Shown: positions 23,570 to 34,628, numbered from the whole stretch's first letter. The stretch is DNA of 63,512 bases, filler included, from Basidiobolus meristosporus CBS 931.73 (GCA_002104905.1; 4 parts of 4 records of this genome joined end to end with filler, not necessarily neighbours in it), one strand, 5' to 3'. The notes: a model not told the origin generated them from the sequence alone. A program made the numbers and translations.

Positions 23570-26195
23570 TGTTGAAATATTGGACTATTTGATATCATTC
23601 AGCAGCTAAAAATTTACTTAACAGTTCTAGACTAGTCTTAGTCACTGTACAACTCATTTACTGCCTTAACTTGGCCACTTTCTCCTGATATATGATCTTA
23701 TGATTATTCCCCTATAGTCAGGATCAAATTAGCACTATTACCAAACATTATGTACTAACCCTGAAGCTGTTACAGAATGCTCCTGAATATTGAGAAACCC
23801 TCCCTACTTAGTGTTACAGCTGTATTACTTCTACAAAGGTATAAATACTTAGCTTCTTTATGATTAAACAACATTTTAACTATTATCACTATTTCTTGAT
23901 AAGTTCCTTATATCCAAATCACTTCTTAAATTGCAACAGGTTATGAGCCCCAATTGCCTTAATCTATTCTAAAGATGACTTCTACCTGCAAACAAAGCAA
24001 TACCAACATCTTTCCTGTAAAGGAGAGGTTTGATCGGAAGAACTACAGACTTTGGAGAATCAAGATGCAGATCCACCTTGAGGACAGACAGCTCTGGAAC
24101 ATAGTAACAGGAAAGGAAGTTGAGCCCAAAGGAACAGCAGAAGATGTGGAGAAGTTTTAAGAGAAGGAGAGAAAGGCCTTCAATGCCATATGCATCAATG
24201 TGCAAGACTCCTTCATTGGACAAATCCATGCCTCAAATACTGCCAAAGCAGCATGGGAATCCTTAGAGAAGATCTTTAGAGCAAAGTCAGTATCAAGCAA
24301 GCTTTATTTGAAACAAAAGTTCTTCAATATGAGAAAAAAGCCAGATGATGACATGCTACTACTCATTACCAGAATGGAGACACTTGCAGAAGAACTTTAC
24401 AGTATTAATGCTGGTGTAGATGATGAAGAAAAGATACTCTGTCTGCTTTGCAGCCTCCCAGACAAGTATGAGCCACTCATACTTACTTTTAAAAGCAGAG
24501 AAGACTACTTGACTTTAGACTATGTCAAAGGACAACTTCTCCATGAAGAACTCAGACATAATGATCAAGCAGAGAAAATTGAAGATAATGCTTTATTCAG
24601 TTCAGAAAGGCATACAGAAAAGAAGGGAAAGCAACAAAACCAAAGAAAACCTGGCTGCTGTAACTACTGTAAAAAGCCAGGACACTGGGCAAGAGAATGC
24701 AAGAAGAAACAAGCAGACAAAAAACAGAAACTAGAGCAGGTAAACCATATAACTACTGATGAACAGTTATTTGTAACTGTACAAGAGAGTGCAAGTAACC
24801 AAAGTAATGAATGGTATATTGACTCTGGAGCATCACAGCATATTTGTGGTATAAAGGATTGGTTCAGCAACTTAAAGACTATTCCCGTAAGAAAGGTTTA
24901 TCTGGGAGATAACTCTGCATTGGAAGCTACCGCCAGTGGGTCTATACAAATAAATATGAGTGATAACTCAGGGGCAACAACCGCAAAACTGACTGACGTA
25001 CTCTATGTACCTGGAATAGCTAAGAACCTACTCTCAGTCAGTAAAGCAACTACTCAGGGACTGAAATTTGTTTTTACTAAGCTGACCTGCTCAATATTGA
25101 GTGAACAGAAAATGAGCCAATTGGTGAAAAATCAGCTTGTTTTGGGCCTAAAATACTTGATTCCAATCAAATTGAATGTTTGTAAGGGATGTCCATATGG
25201 CAAACAAGCTAGGCAACATTTCAAGAGCTTAGAAGGCATCAACACCACCAAAATATTGGCTATTGTACACTCAGACATATGTGGCCCCATGAGAAAACTG
25301 TCCTTTGGAGCCAAGAGATATTTTATAACATTTATTGATGACAAGACAAGATATACATGGGTGTACTTCCTCAAAACAAAGGATGAAGCTTTAGAGACAT
25401 TTAAGCACTTCAAGAACATGGCAGAAACACAAACTGGGTGTAATTTGAAGGTACTACAAAGTGACAATGGAGGATAATACTGCTCAAAGGAGTTTGCAAA
25501 ATACTGCTTGTCTACTGGTATACTTCAACAGACCACAGTTCCTCATACTCCACAGCAAAATGAAGTAGCAGAACGCGCAAATAGAACAATAGTAGAGATG
25601 GGAAGATCTATGCTACATGATAAGGGAATGGACTACAAGTTTTGAGCTAAATCTGATGTCACCGCTGTATACATCAAGAACAGATGCCCAAAAACAGCAC
25701 TGTGTGATTCTACACCCTTTGAAGCATATACAGGCAAAAAACCAGATCTCCAGCACCTCAGGATCTTTGGCAGTGATGCTTTTTATCACATCCCTGACAA
25801 AAAACGCTCAAAGTTGGAACCAAAGAGTAGAAAAGGGATCTCTCTTGGGTATTGTGAAGATACTAAAGGGTATAGAGTGTATGATGGCAAAATTCAGAGG
25901 CTGATCAAGAGCAGGGATGTTGTATTTCAGGAGAATTCAGATCAGAAAGCCACAGAAATCATTGGCCAGCTGCCTGATGATGCAATCAACACAAATGAAG
26001 AAGATACATACCAAATCCAGCCAGAGATGAAAGATACTTCTACCAGTGCCAGATCAGAACAGATTATCCCAGTTAGGAGATCTACCAGAATAAGAAATGC
26101 CCCTGGATCCTGGTGGCAGACATTCAATGATCATGAAGAAGCTCATCTTGCCTAATGTGCCAAACCTTGGAATCTGGAATAGGCAATGCAAGGTC
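23570..26195 (+). mobile_element. Ty1/Copia-E copy 1: LTR 23570-23938, PBS 23939-23950, gag-PR-IN, interrupted just before RT
   Basis: 369-bp TGTTG...CAACA LTR. PBS GGTTATGAGCCC (half-tRNA-iMet type as in copia/Ty5). Knuckle CNYCKKPGHWAREC, WYIDSGASQH, IVHSDICGP. Stops at 24158 and 25475, and a 147-bp deletion near 25104. Confidence 0.95.
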
Positions 26196-28321
26196 TGTTG
26201 AAATATTGGACTATTTGGTATCATTCAGCAGCTAAAAATTTACTTAACAATTCTAGGCTAGTCTTAGTCAGTGTAGGACTCATTTACTGCCTTAACTTTG
26301 CCACTTTCTCCAGATATATGATCTTATGATTATTCCCCTATAGTCAGGATCAAATTAGCACTATTACCAAACATTATGTACTGACCCTGAAACTGTTACA
26401 GAATGCTCCTGAATATTGAGAAACCCTCCCTACTTAGTGTTGCAGCTGTATTACTTCTACAAAGGTATAAATACTGAGCTTCTTTATGAATAAACAGCAG
26501 TTCAACTATTATCACTATTTCTTGATAAGTTCTTTACATCCAAATCACTTCTTAAATTGCAACAGGTTATGAGCCCCAATTGCCTTAATCTATTCTAAAG
26601 ATGACTTCTACCAGCAAACAAAGCAATACCAACATCTTCCCTGTAAAGGAGAGGTTTGATGGGAAGAACTACAGACTTTGGAGAATCAAGATGCAGATCC
26701 ACCTTGAGGAAAGAAAGCTTTGGAACATAGTAACAGGAAAGGAAGTTGAGCCCAAAGGAACAGCAGAAGATGTGGAGAAGTTTCAAGAGAAGGAGAGAAA
26801 GGCCTTCAATGCAATATGCATCAATGTGCAAGACTCCTTCATTGGACAAATCCATGCCTCAAATACTGCCAAAGCAGCATGGGAATCCTTAGAGAAGATC
26901 TTTAGAGCAAAGTCAGTATCAAGCAAGCTTTATTTGAAACGAAAGTTCTTCAACATGAGAAAAAAGCCAGATGATGACATGCTACAACTCATTACCAGAA
27001 TGGAGACACTTGCAGAAGAACTTTACAGTATTAATGCTGGTGTAGATGATGAAGAAAAGATACTCTGTCTGCTTTGCAGCCTACCAGACGAGTATGAGCC
27101 ACTCATACTTTCTTTTGAAAGCAGAGAAGACAACTTGACTTTAGACTATGTCAAAGGAAGACTTCTCCATGAAGAACTCAGACGTAATGATCAAGCAGAG
27201 AAAATTGAAGATAATGCTTTATTCAGCTCAGAAAGGCATACAGAAAAGAAGGGAAAGCAACAAAACCGAAGAAAACCTGGCTGCTGTAACTACTGTAAGA
27301 AGCCAGGACACTGGGCAAGAGAATGCAAGAAGAAACAAGCAGACGAAAAACAGAAACTAGAGCAGGCAAACCATATAACTACTGATGAACAGCTATTTGT
27401 CACTGTACAAGAGAGTGCAAGTAACCGAAGTAATGAATGGTATATTGACTCTGGAGCATCACAGCATATTTGTGGTATAAAGGATTGGTTCAGCAACTTA
27501 AAGACTATTCCCGTAAGAAAGGTTTATCTGGGAGATAACTCTGCATTGGAAGCTACCGCCAGTGGGTCTATACAACTAAATATGAGTGATAACTCAGGGG
27601 CAACAACAGCAAAACTGACTGACGTACTCTATGTACCTGGAATAGCTAAGAACCTACTCTCAGTCAGTAAAGCAACTACTCAGGGACTGAAATTTGTTTT
27701 TACTAAGCTGAGCTGCTCAATATTGAGTGAAAATGGACAAAAATTAGCTTTGGGAATCAGAGATCACAATATATACAAGTTACAATGCAAGATCATTGTA
27801 CCTGAGTATGTCAACATTGCTGAAACTGATGAAACCAACTGGGAGACGTGGCATAGGAGGCTAGGACACATAGGGGAACAGAAAATGAGCCAATTGGTGA
27901 AAAATCAGCTTGTTTTGGGCCTAAAATACTCAATTCCGATCAAATTGAATGTTTGTAAGGGATGTTCATATGGCAAACAAGCTAGGCAACGTTTCAAGAG
28001 CTCAGAAGGCATCAATACTCACCTGAAATATTGGCTATTGTACACTCAGACATATGTGGCCCCATGAGAACACTGTCCTTTGGAACCAAGAGATACTTTA
28101 TGACGTTTATTGATGACAAGACAAGATATACATGGGTGTACTTCCTCAAAACAAAGGATGAAGCTTTAGAGACGTTTAAGCACTTCAAGAACATGGCAGA
28201 AACACAAACTGGGTGTAAATTGAAGGTACTACGAAGTGACAATGGAGGAGAATACTGCTCAAAGGAGTTTGCAAAATACTGCTTGTCTACTGGTATACTT
28301 CAACAGACCACAGTTCCTCAT
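26196..28321 (+). mobile_element. Ty1/Copia-E copy 2: LTR 26196-26564, PBS, gag-PR-IN running into the assembly gap
   Basis: LTR is about 95% identical to 23570-23938 (about 18 differences in 369 bp, by eye). ORF 26601-28067 is open for 488 aa and includes WHRRLGH, with a frameshift near 28020. Confidence 0.95.
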
Positions 28322-28421
28322 NNNNNNNNNNNNNNNNNNNNNNNNNNNNNNNNNNNNNNNNNNNNTTAATTAATTAANNNNNNNNNNNNNNNNNNNNNNN
28401 NNNNNNNNNNNNNNNNNNNNN
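28322..28421. other. Assembly gap with TTAATTAATTAA linker (28366-28377)
   Basis: 100-bp N block. The 12-mer gives stop codons in all six frames. Confidence 0.97.
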
Positions 28422-28849
28422 ACTGCATTTAGAACATTCTTCGTAGATGAGTGTATTGCACGGCAAAAGCTGTGTGGCACAAAATGTGATGAGCAGCCCA
28501 GTTCAAGGATTGCTACCTTTGATTTTGCATATTATTGCCGCATCATTTATATGTTTGAATAAAGAGGTGACACTATGCCATACAAGAAATACCATTTCAA
28601 TGCTACTGCTCTTTTGATGTTGGCCATCAATACATATAATTTCCTGGAACTGGTTTACATTACCAAGGTAACCTTCTGAGCTGGTTTACATTACCCAGGT
28701 AACCTTCTTCTCTTGTACAACCATTCGTAGAGCTAGCCACAGCGACTATTGACAAAAGTATGTGCAACAATGGGGAAATGACGCCTATATATTGCGCTAA
28801 CCTTGCTGCTAGACATCATTCACACACTAATCTCTCAATCAAAATAATA

Positions 28850-29044
28850 ATGAAGAAATTTGCAGTCTCCTTGATGGTCGCCTTCCTTGTGGCCAGCTCC
28901 AGTTCCGGCTCCGTAGATGCTCTCTCGTGCCAAGCCCAAGGGAACTCAAGAGGCTCCTTGTGCGTTTCCGGTAGCTGCCCCACCGGTTGGAGATCCGTGT
29001 TCTGGGACACTGGATGCAAGTCTGGCCAAAGATGCTGTATCTGA
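28850..29044 (+). CDS. Small secreted six-cysteine peptide, beta-defensin-like spacing (64 aa)
   Basis: Signal peptide MKKFAVSLMVAFLVASSSSGSVDA, then a 40-aa mature part with C-x10-C-x4-C-x12-C-x5-CC. TATA-like element at ~28785; AATAAA just after the stop. Confidence 0.8.
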   Translation: MKKFAVSLMVAFLVASSSSGSVDALSCQAQGNSRGSLCVSGSCPTGWRSVFWDTGCKSGQRCCI

Positions 29045-29433
29045 TGATCAATAAATCTATTACGTTCAATGTTGAATGCTAGAGATAATGCAAGTATACA
29101 AAGTAGCTGGATAAAGAAGTAAACAGTGTATGTTGGGGTATTCTAACCATACACGCTACACATCATTTACAACAGTATAAATAAAAGTGCTACTCTGTCA
29201 AAAACCTCTGGTGGATGCTGGACAATAAGTATAAATCCACTAGTAGATGTATGTGACTATTTATTCCCATAAGATCAGGGCCTGGGATCCCATTATATTC
29301 ACTAATTAGTCTTAGTGCTTCTGTTTGATGCTTCCTATTCTGTTTATAGAATCATCAACCTAGACTAGTGCTTCCAACAGTAATACTTGTGTGTGAATTT
29401 CATGATAGCATATTACCAAATCTTGTGAAAGGT

Positions 29434-29473
29434 TATTCACTCTATTCACCCTACTCACCCTATTCACCCTATT
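29434..29473. repeat. 9-bp tandem repeat (TATTCACCC) x4.4
   Basis: tattcactc tattcaccc tactcaccc tattcaccc tatt. Confidence 0.85.
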
Positions 29474-30129
29474 AGGATCACTTAGACTACAGGCAAGCTC
29501 CCAAATACATAAACTGCCAATAGACAGTATTTGCGTGATATAAGGGTAAAACAAATCTAGCAAAATATGGCCGCAGGAGTACTCAAAATAAGAGTTCTAG
29601 ATAATCTATTTTTCCTGCTTAGAAGCACGTTGATTTCTTCAGCACTTACATGAATCAGCGCAATAGCTGTTGCAGATTCAAAGTGGCGTCCGGCTGATAG
29701 ATGCTTAACGGTCTCAAGGTTATTTAGGATATACGTTGAGTTCTAGGTTGTTTGGTAACAGAAATTAAACAAAGCCTTTTCTAAAGGAAGCCAACGCTAC
29801 TAAGGCAAAAGCAAAGACCTCAGGGGTGCCATATCATATTGACCGCAACAGAAAAGGATTGTCTTCAGAAGTGCGGAGCGTGCAACACGATACTGATTGC
29901 TGGAACGGATACCTGTACATGGCAGTTGTACACGTATATCTGATCAAAACACTTAAACAATCAAAGTAGCAGTTCACACATATGTTAGATGCTCACAGTG
30001 CAATGAGCATAATACAGTTGGGTCAAAGGAATGCGGATTTGAACTCATTTATTTCACAATGCTTCAGCTAAATATCCATAACAGCAACATCTCCAAGAGT
30101 CCACCGGCTACATAGGCACCAACCAAACC

Positions 30130-30348
30130 CTACGAAATTACCCATGTCTGGCTATCCACGCAGGCGGTCCCCTTTCTTCCTTCGAGGATCTGCTTGAAGG
30201 ACAGCTCGCCAGTTCCGGGTCCTCTCCAAGTCCAGCGAATCCCTTTGACTGTGACTGAGGCGTAGTTCCCGTTGTTAGCTCTCTTGGCTCTGGCAATTTC
30301 TTCTCTGACATCGGCAGAATACAAACGGGCTTCTTGATCGGATACCAT
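30130..30348 (-). CDS. Small hypothetical protein (72 aa, MVSDQEARLYS...)
   Basis: CpG-rich, coding-like ORF with GGTGATATAAAG about 56 nt upstream of the ATG. No signal peptide; no recognised domain. Confidence 0.55.
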   Translation of the reverse strand: MVSDQEARLYSADVREEIARAKRANNGNYASVTVKGIRWTWRGPGTGELSFKQILEGRKGTACVDSQTWVIS

Positions 30349-31539
30349 GGCTGAGAAAGTGGAGTGTAATAAGTCTTGAGACTGACAAGCCCACACCTGC
30401 TGCTTTATATCACCTTATCCAGGTGGTGGCTTAGTGTTGGCTGCTTCATGTGCCCTTTTCTACTAAGTATAGCGGCTTCCCACCTAAAGTGCTGAGTCTT
30501 AGGCCAAGCTTGGAGAAATGATCCAGAAATCATGAATGGTTACAGTTGAGGCCAAATCTGCAACATTACCTGAGGAAACCAGTACTAGCTAAACACATCC
30601 ATGAATATTTCCTTCTTGCCGGCACCGTCTCTATGCACCATGCCGGTCATTGGTGACAAGGATTTGCACCAATCAGCAATGAGTCTGTTCTTGAAATAAC
30701 AGGTTATATAATCAACCTGCCCAAAAGAATGACCGTGGTAGTCGGTGGCTGGGCTCTTAATCCGACGCTGTACTCCATCTGTGGCAGGGTAAAGTTTGCA
30801 ATAGATAAGTGCATGTGTCTTGCAAGAAAGCATCGCCATCCAAGCTATTGATTGTAGCAGCATAGATAAAGCGTAACACAAATAAAGTGAACAGTCACAT
30901 TTGGCTTGTTTCTTGACAAATAACTAATTGAAAACGCGTGTACTACAACAAGAAATTCCAAGGCAGCCTCATCTATCCCAAGCACTATCCACTCAATATC
31001 CCCAACTCTTGGCAAAAAACTAACCAATTTATTCTCGCCTGTACTGTGCTGTACACCCCATGACAGTCGTATCGTTCACCAATCAGCAACAACCCTAGGT
31101 TCTTGTAATAACTGGTTAATTTAATAAGCCTGCCCCAAAGCTTGACTGTGGTTGCTGCTCTCCAGTTGCGGCAGGGTCAGATCAGCAATATATTTAATCA
31201 TGTGTACAGCAAGAAAACAGCACTACCAAAGGACAATACCTTCCAGGCAATGACAGGACTATTGTAAGAGACAATTACCGAAGTCCTTACTAACACGGAT
31301 AGTTATTGCAAAAACTGAGAGAATTTTGAACGATATTAAGGATATCATTGACCAGATCGCCCTCATTCCTCACACTTTGAAGTGCAACCTATACTGTGTA
31401 GCCTTGGTACGAAGAGGTAAAGTAGCAAAGGTTAAATCAATCTAGCTTGCATAAAGCTAGTGCTATGAACGAAGCCTAATTGAGTGGGATCGAGGTGATA
31501 TAAATCGGCAAAATTCGCATGAGACTCCACCAGCCAGTC

Positions 31540-32064
31540 ATGCAGCTTTCCTTCCTCTTGCTAGTTTCCGCCATCGCTTCATTGCAAGCAATCTCCGCTA
31601 CCCCACTCGGTGACTCCCAGGTAGCCTTCACCAATGAACCATGCGTCGAACAACAGGGTGCTTGTTATCAGGAGACTTCGGCCCCCAGTCAAGAATACCA
31701 GCCGTCAACTGAGGAGGGGGATGATTCGGAGATGAGTGAGCCAATGCAGACAAGCGAGACTTCGGGTGAGCAGCCAGGATTCTCTGGGTTGCAAGGGTTC
31801 GATATTTCCAATCTTCAACCATCCCAAGCCTTGCTGGACAAAATCAATGGCCATTCCTCCAGTAAAGCCAATGCCTTGTCCAACTCAAACCAGTTCGACC
31901 AAGCGCAAGTCATCGACCAAACCCTGTACCAGCCCAAGCAGCAACAGTCACAAATTATCATCACTCAGCCAGCAGCGCGTGCGCTTAAAGGTGGGTACAA
32001 GAAGTATAAGAGATCTGCTCGTCGCCACTTCAAAGTTAGATATTTCAGTGGAAACAGATATTAA
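31540..32064 (+). CDS. Secreted Q/S/E-rich protein 'X' with a basic C-terminal tail (174 aa)
   Basis: Signal peptide MQLSFLLLVSAIASLQAISA. The TATA at 31499-31504 favours ATG 31540 over 31519. The tail is KGGYKKYKRSARRHFKVRYFSGNRY. Confidence 0.8.
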   Translation: MQLSFLLLVSAIASLQAISATPLGDSQVAFTNEPCVEQQGACYQETSAPSQEYQPSTEEGDDSEMSEPMQTSETSGEQPGFSGLQGFDISNLQPSQALLDKINGHSSSKANALSNSNQFDQAQVIDQTLYQPKQQQSQIIITQPAARALKGGYKKYKRSARRHFKVRYFSGNRY

Positions 32065-32416
32065 GTCTAGTGAAAGTAAATTTACGAAATAAAATGAGCA
32101 ACATATTACTCGGTATACTGATGATGTACAGTACTCAAGAATTTGCTGATATGCACACACAGAAACAGTGGCACTTATCGTTGTACACAATGTCATTGTG
32201 AGTATTGAAGAGAAGTATGGGCAGCGGTGATAGAGCCATATATATATACAGAGGCTGTCATTCCAGTGCATGTGTTTTATATGTTACAGGCTTCCTCAAT
32301 AAAGTCTATAGAATGTAACAAGACTCACTTTATGCCCTCGACTTAACCTTATTATATAGCCTCCCATGCTATATAGCGGCCTATGCAACTAACTCATTTC
32401 TCAGCTATTCTTCAGC

Positions 32417-32914
32417 ATGCGCTCTACTACCGTAGCAGTGATTCTAGGCCTTGCCGCTCTTCAAGTTGCCGTTGCTGTCCCAATCGGCTGTTCTTCTCCA
32501 TGCACTCGCGAGTATAGAAGGGTGCATTATCGCAGCTTACCATGTGCACAGTATGCGAGCGATTGCTACCAAAACGCTCGAGTTTTGCCTGTCGTTAAGA
32601 CGACGAATGTCCAATCCCCGTTATTGCGCCAGGTTTTCACCACGGTGACCAGAAAGCACGATAACCTGAACATTGCTAACGCCAACAGCAACAAAGGCTT
32701 CGATGTCAAGTATCAAGCAGGGCCCAGTCTCGAACTGGAGGGTGGGGCCAATGCATTAGAATATGCTAAGCAAAAGGGAGCGGAACACTTGGAAGATGGT
32801 TCTTTCTCTCCCTACGTCCTGATGCAGCCCACCCAAGATATACAATACACAACCCCTGTGGCAGAGATGCAATGCGTTGAAGATTGTCCAGAGCAAAACG
32901 TTCAATACAATTAG
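32417..32914 (+). CDS. Secreted protein 'Y1' of unknown function (165 aa)
   Basis: Signal peptide MRSTTVAVILGLAALQVAVA. Four N-terminal Cys plus a C-terminal CxxxC. Two local paralogs. Confidence 0.82.
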   Translation: MRSTTVAVILGLAALQVAVAVPIGCSSPCTREYRRVHYRSLPCAQYASDCYQNARVLPVVKTTNVQSPLLRQVFTTVTRKHDNLNIANANSNKGFDVKYQAGPSLELEGGANALEYAKQKGAEHLEDGSFSPYVLMQPTQDIQYTTPVAEMQCVEDCPEQNVQYN

Positions 32915-33281
32915 TGCGATGACATGAGCTGAAAATGTAGGCAGCCATCACCACATTATTACTGAAAATCTTCAATCAATAAAATTCAAATGACATCCTT
33001 ATATTTGTTACTTATGATTAGCTTTTTACTTGCACGCACCTGTATCATGATCAGAGCTTTGGGCATTAATATTAGATATTTGCTTACGTACTAACATACT
33101 CACCCTCAGTCTTTAGTGATGCTGCCCTCCACCGAAAAGTTTGATATTAGAGAGAATGTCTGGCAGGGTTACCGGATTGACTTTGGTAACACAAAGATTC
33201 GAGATTGACAGACTGCCCAGTGACTGTTAGCATGGTGATATTTCCTCTTATCATTTTTGTGCAAGCTAAGAGTAAAATAGA

Positions 33282-33363
33282 TGATGAGGGTGGGGTTCGA
33301 ACCCACGCCTCCGAAGAGACTGCGACCTGAACGCAGCGCCTTAGACCACTCGGCCACCTCACC
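33282..33363 (-). tRNA. tRNA-Leu(CAG), 82 nt, intronless
   Basis: GGTGAGG/CCTCATC acceptor stem, TGGCCGAGTGG A-box, CTGCG-TTCAGGT-CGCAG anticodon arm, long variable arm, GGTTCGAACC B-box, and a T4 terminator at 33274-33277. Confidence 0.97.
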
Positions 33364-33714
33364 AGCTTGTACTTGGTCATTACGAAAGAGTTTGAAAGCA
33401 AATATTCTTGAAGTACTACCTTCGCTCGAAGCAAGCATCATAAAGTATCTTTTCCTATTGTTTTGTCGTAATTGTCTAGATGATACTGAGTAGTGAGTAA
33501 TGGTCGTTCAAGACACTGTTGTTATCGATGCACAAATGTAAGAGATATGGCTTAGTAATGAATCCAATCCAAGAAAAGTACTACTTTATACCGGATGAAC
33601 TAGACTGTTTAAACCATTTCTGGGTTCTTCCCAAGCGTGATTAATATTAAAGTTGCATGTTGTGTGACTTACAAACCAAGAAGATATAATAACGAATATA
33701 AAGGCTGTAGAGGA

Positions 33715-34125
33715 GTGTCTACTCAAGATATCCTCTTAGCCAGTGCTTTGATACTTGCATCCTCTTCTGCCGCTCCTCTTGAACGCAACCGACCCAATAC
33801 TACGGCAGCCCCCGAGTATGTAGAGCTATTAAAAACGTAAAGGCGTGTAGTGAAGAATTTCCATCTTCATTCTGGACAGGAAGTAAGGTTCGCAGAATGC
33901 GTGAGGATGATCCAGGAGCTTTCTTAAATCCTAGGTACACAGAGTGGAAGCGTGGCAAAGCGTGTTCATGATACAACTGATGGGATTGACGTATTTTTGT
34001 CGCCCTGGATCGCTTTTAGAAGACAGAAAAAGCCGGGAGAACTTAAGCCTAGTCTGTGGGGTTACCCAGCAAAAAGGGAGAGGAGCAAGTGCGGAAACAG
34101 TAACTTTCAAGGAATTTAGTGGCAT
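33715..34125 (+). pseudogene. Possible decayed secreted-protein gene
   Basis: A signal-like segment ILLASALILASSSAAP follows a GTG, then coding-like sequence broken by stops at ~33838 and ~33924. Confidence 0.3.
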
Positions 34126-34628
34126 GGTTGAGTAGGGATTATCTCGTATAGTATTGGATATGCAGCACAAAGCGTTGTTACATCAACAATATACAAGGGC
34201 AGCATATAAGTATCATTCGGTCACTCTTACTAACGCTTAAGTCATGTTGTAGTGGCTCCGAATATCAGACACGTACCAAGGACTCGGACTGTTGCGGCAA
34301 GAACATCTAAGCATCACTATCGCCAACGTCGCCTTTCCCTTTCTTCAGTATCTACTTCTAGCTTTATACTATAAAGCATCTGGTTGACATTAAATGCTGA
34401 TTACTATTTCGTGTATGCACTGTCTCACTTACGAGAATCACCAGCTAGGCATAAGGATCATTTTTAAGAAATAGCAACACCCAGGCTAAATCAAGAGTGG
34501 GATCGAGAAGGTGATATAAAGCGATAGTGTGAGTAATGACCTGATATGTCAACGAAAGGTGAGATATGAAATAGCAATTTGTCCAGCCAAGCCTATATAC
34601 CAGCCCACAAATACGTTATTCACTTCAC

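Noticed and set aside
23939-25560. APOBEC-like cDNA editing as the cause of the G>A excess
   Set aside because: The sense-oriented LTR at 1551-2621 shows the opposite polarity, and the context is CpG.
23570-26564. Complete short non-autonomous Copia bounded by two LTRs, or a tandem array sharing a central LTR
   Set aside because: There is no polypurine tract before 26196, and the break falls mid-motif at the start of RT. Nested insertion fits better, though this is unproven because the 3' end lies in the gap.
33147-33493. Three overlapping ORFs around 33.3 kb
   Set aside because: Chance frames spanning the tRNA-Leu gene.
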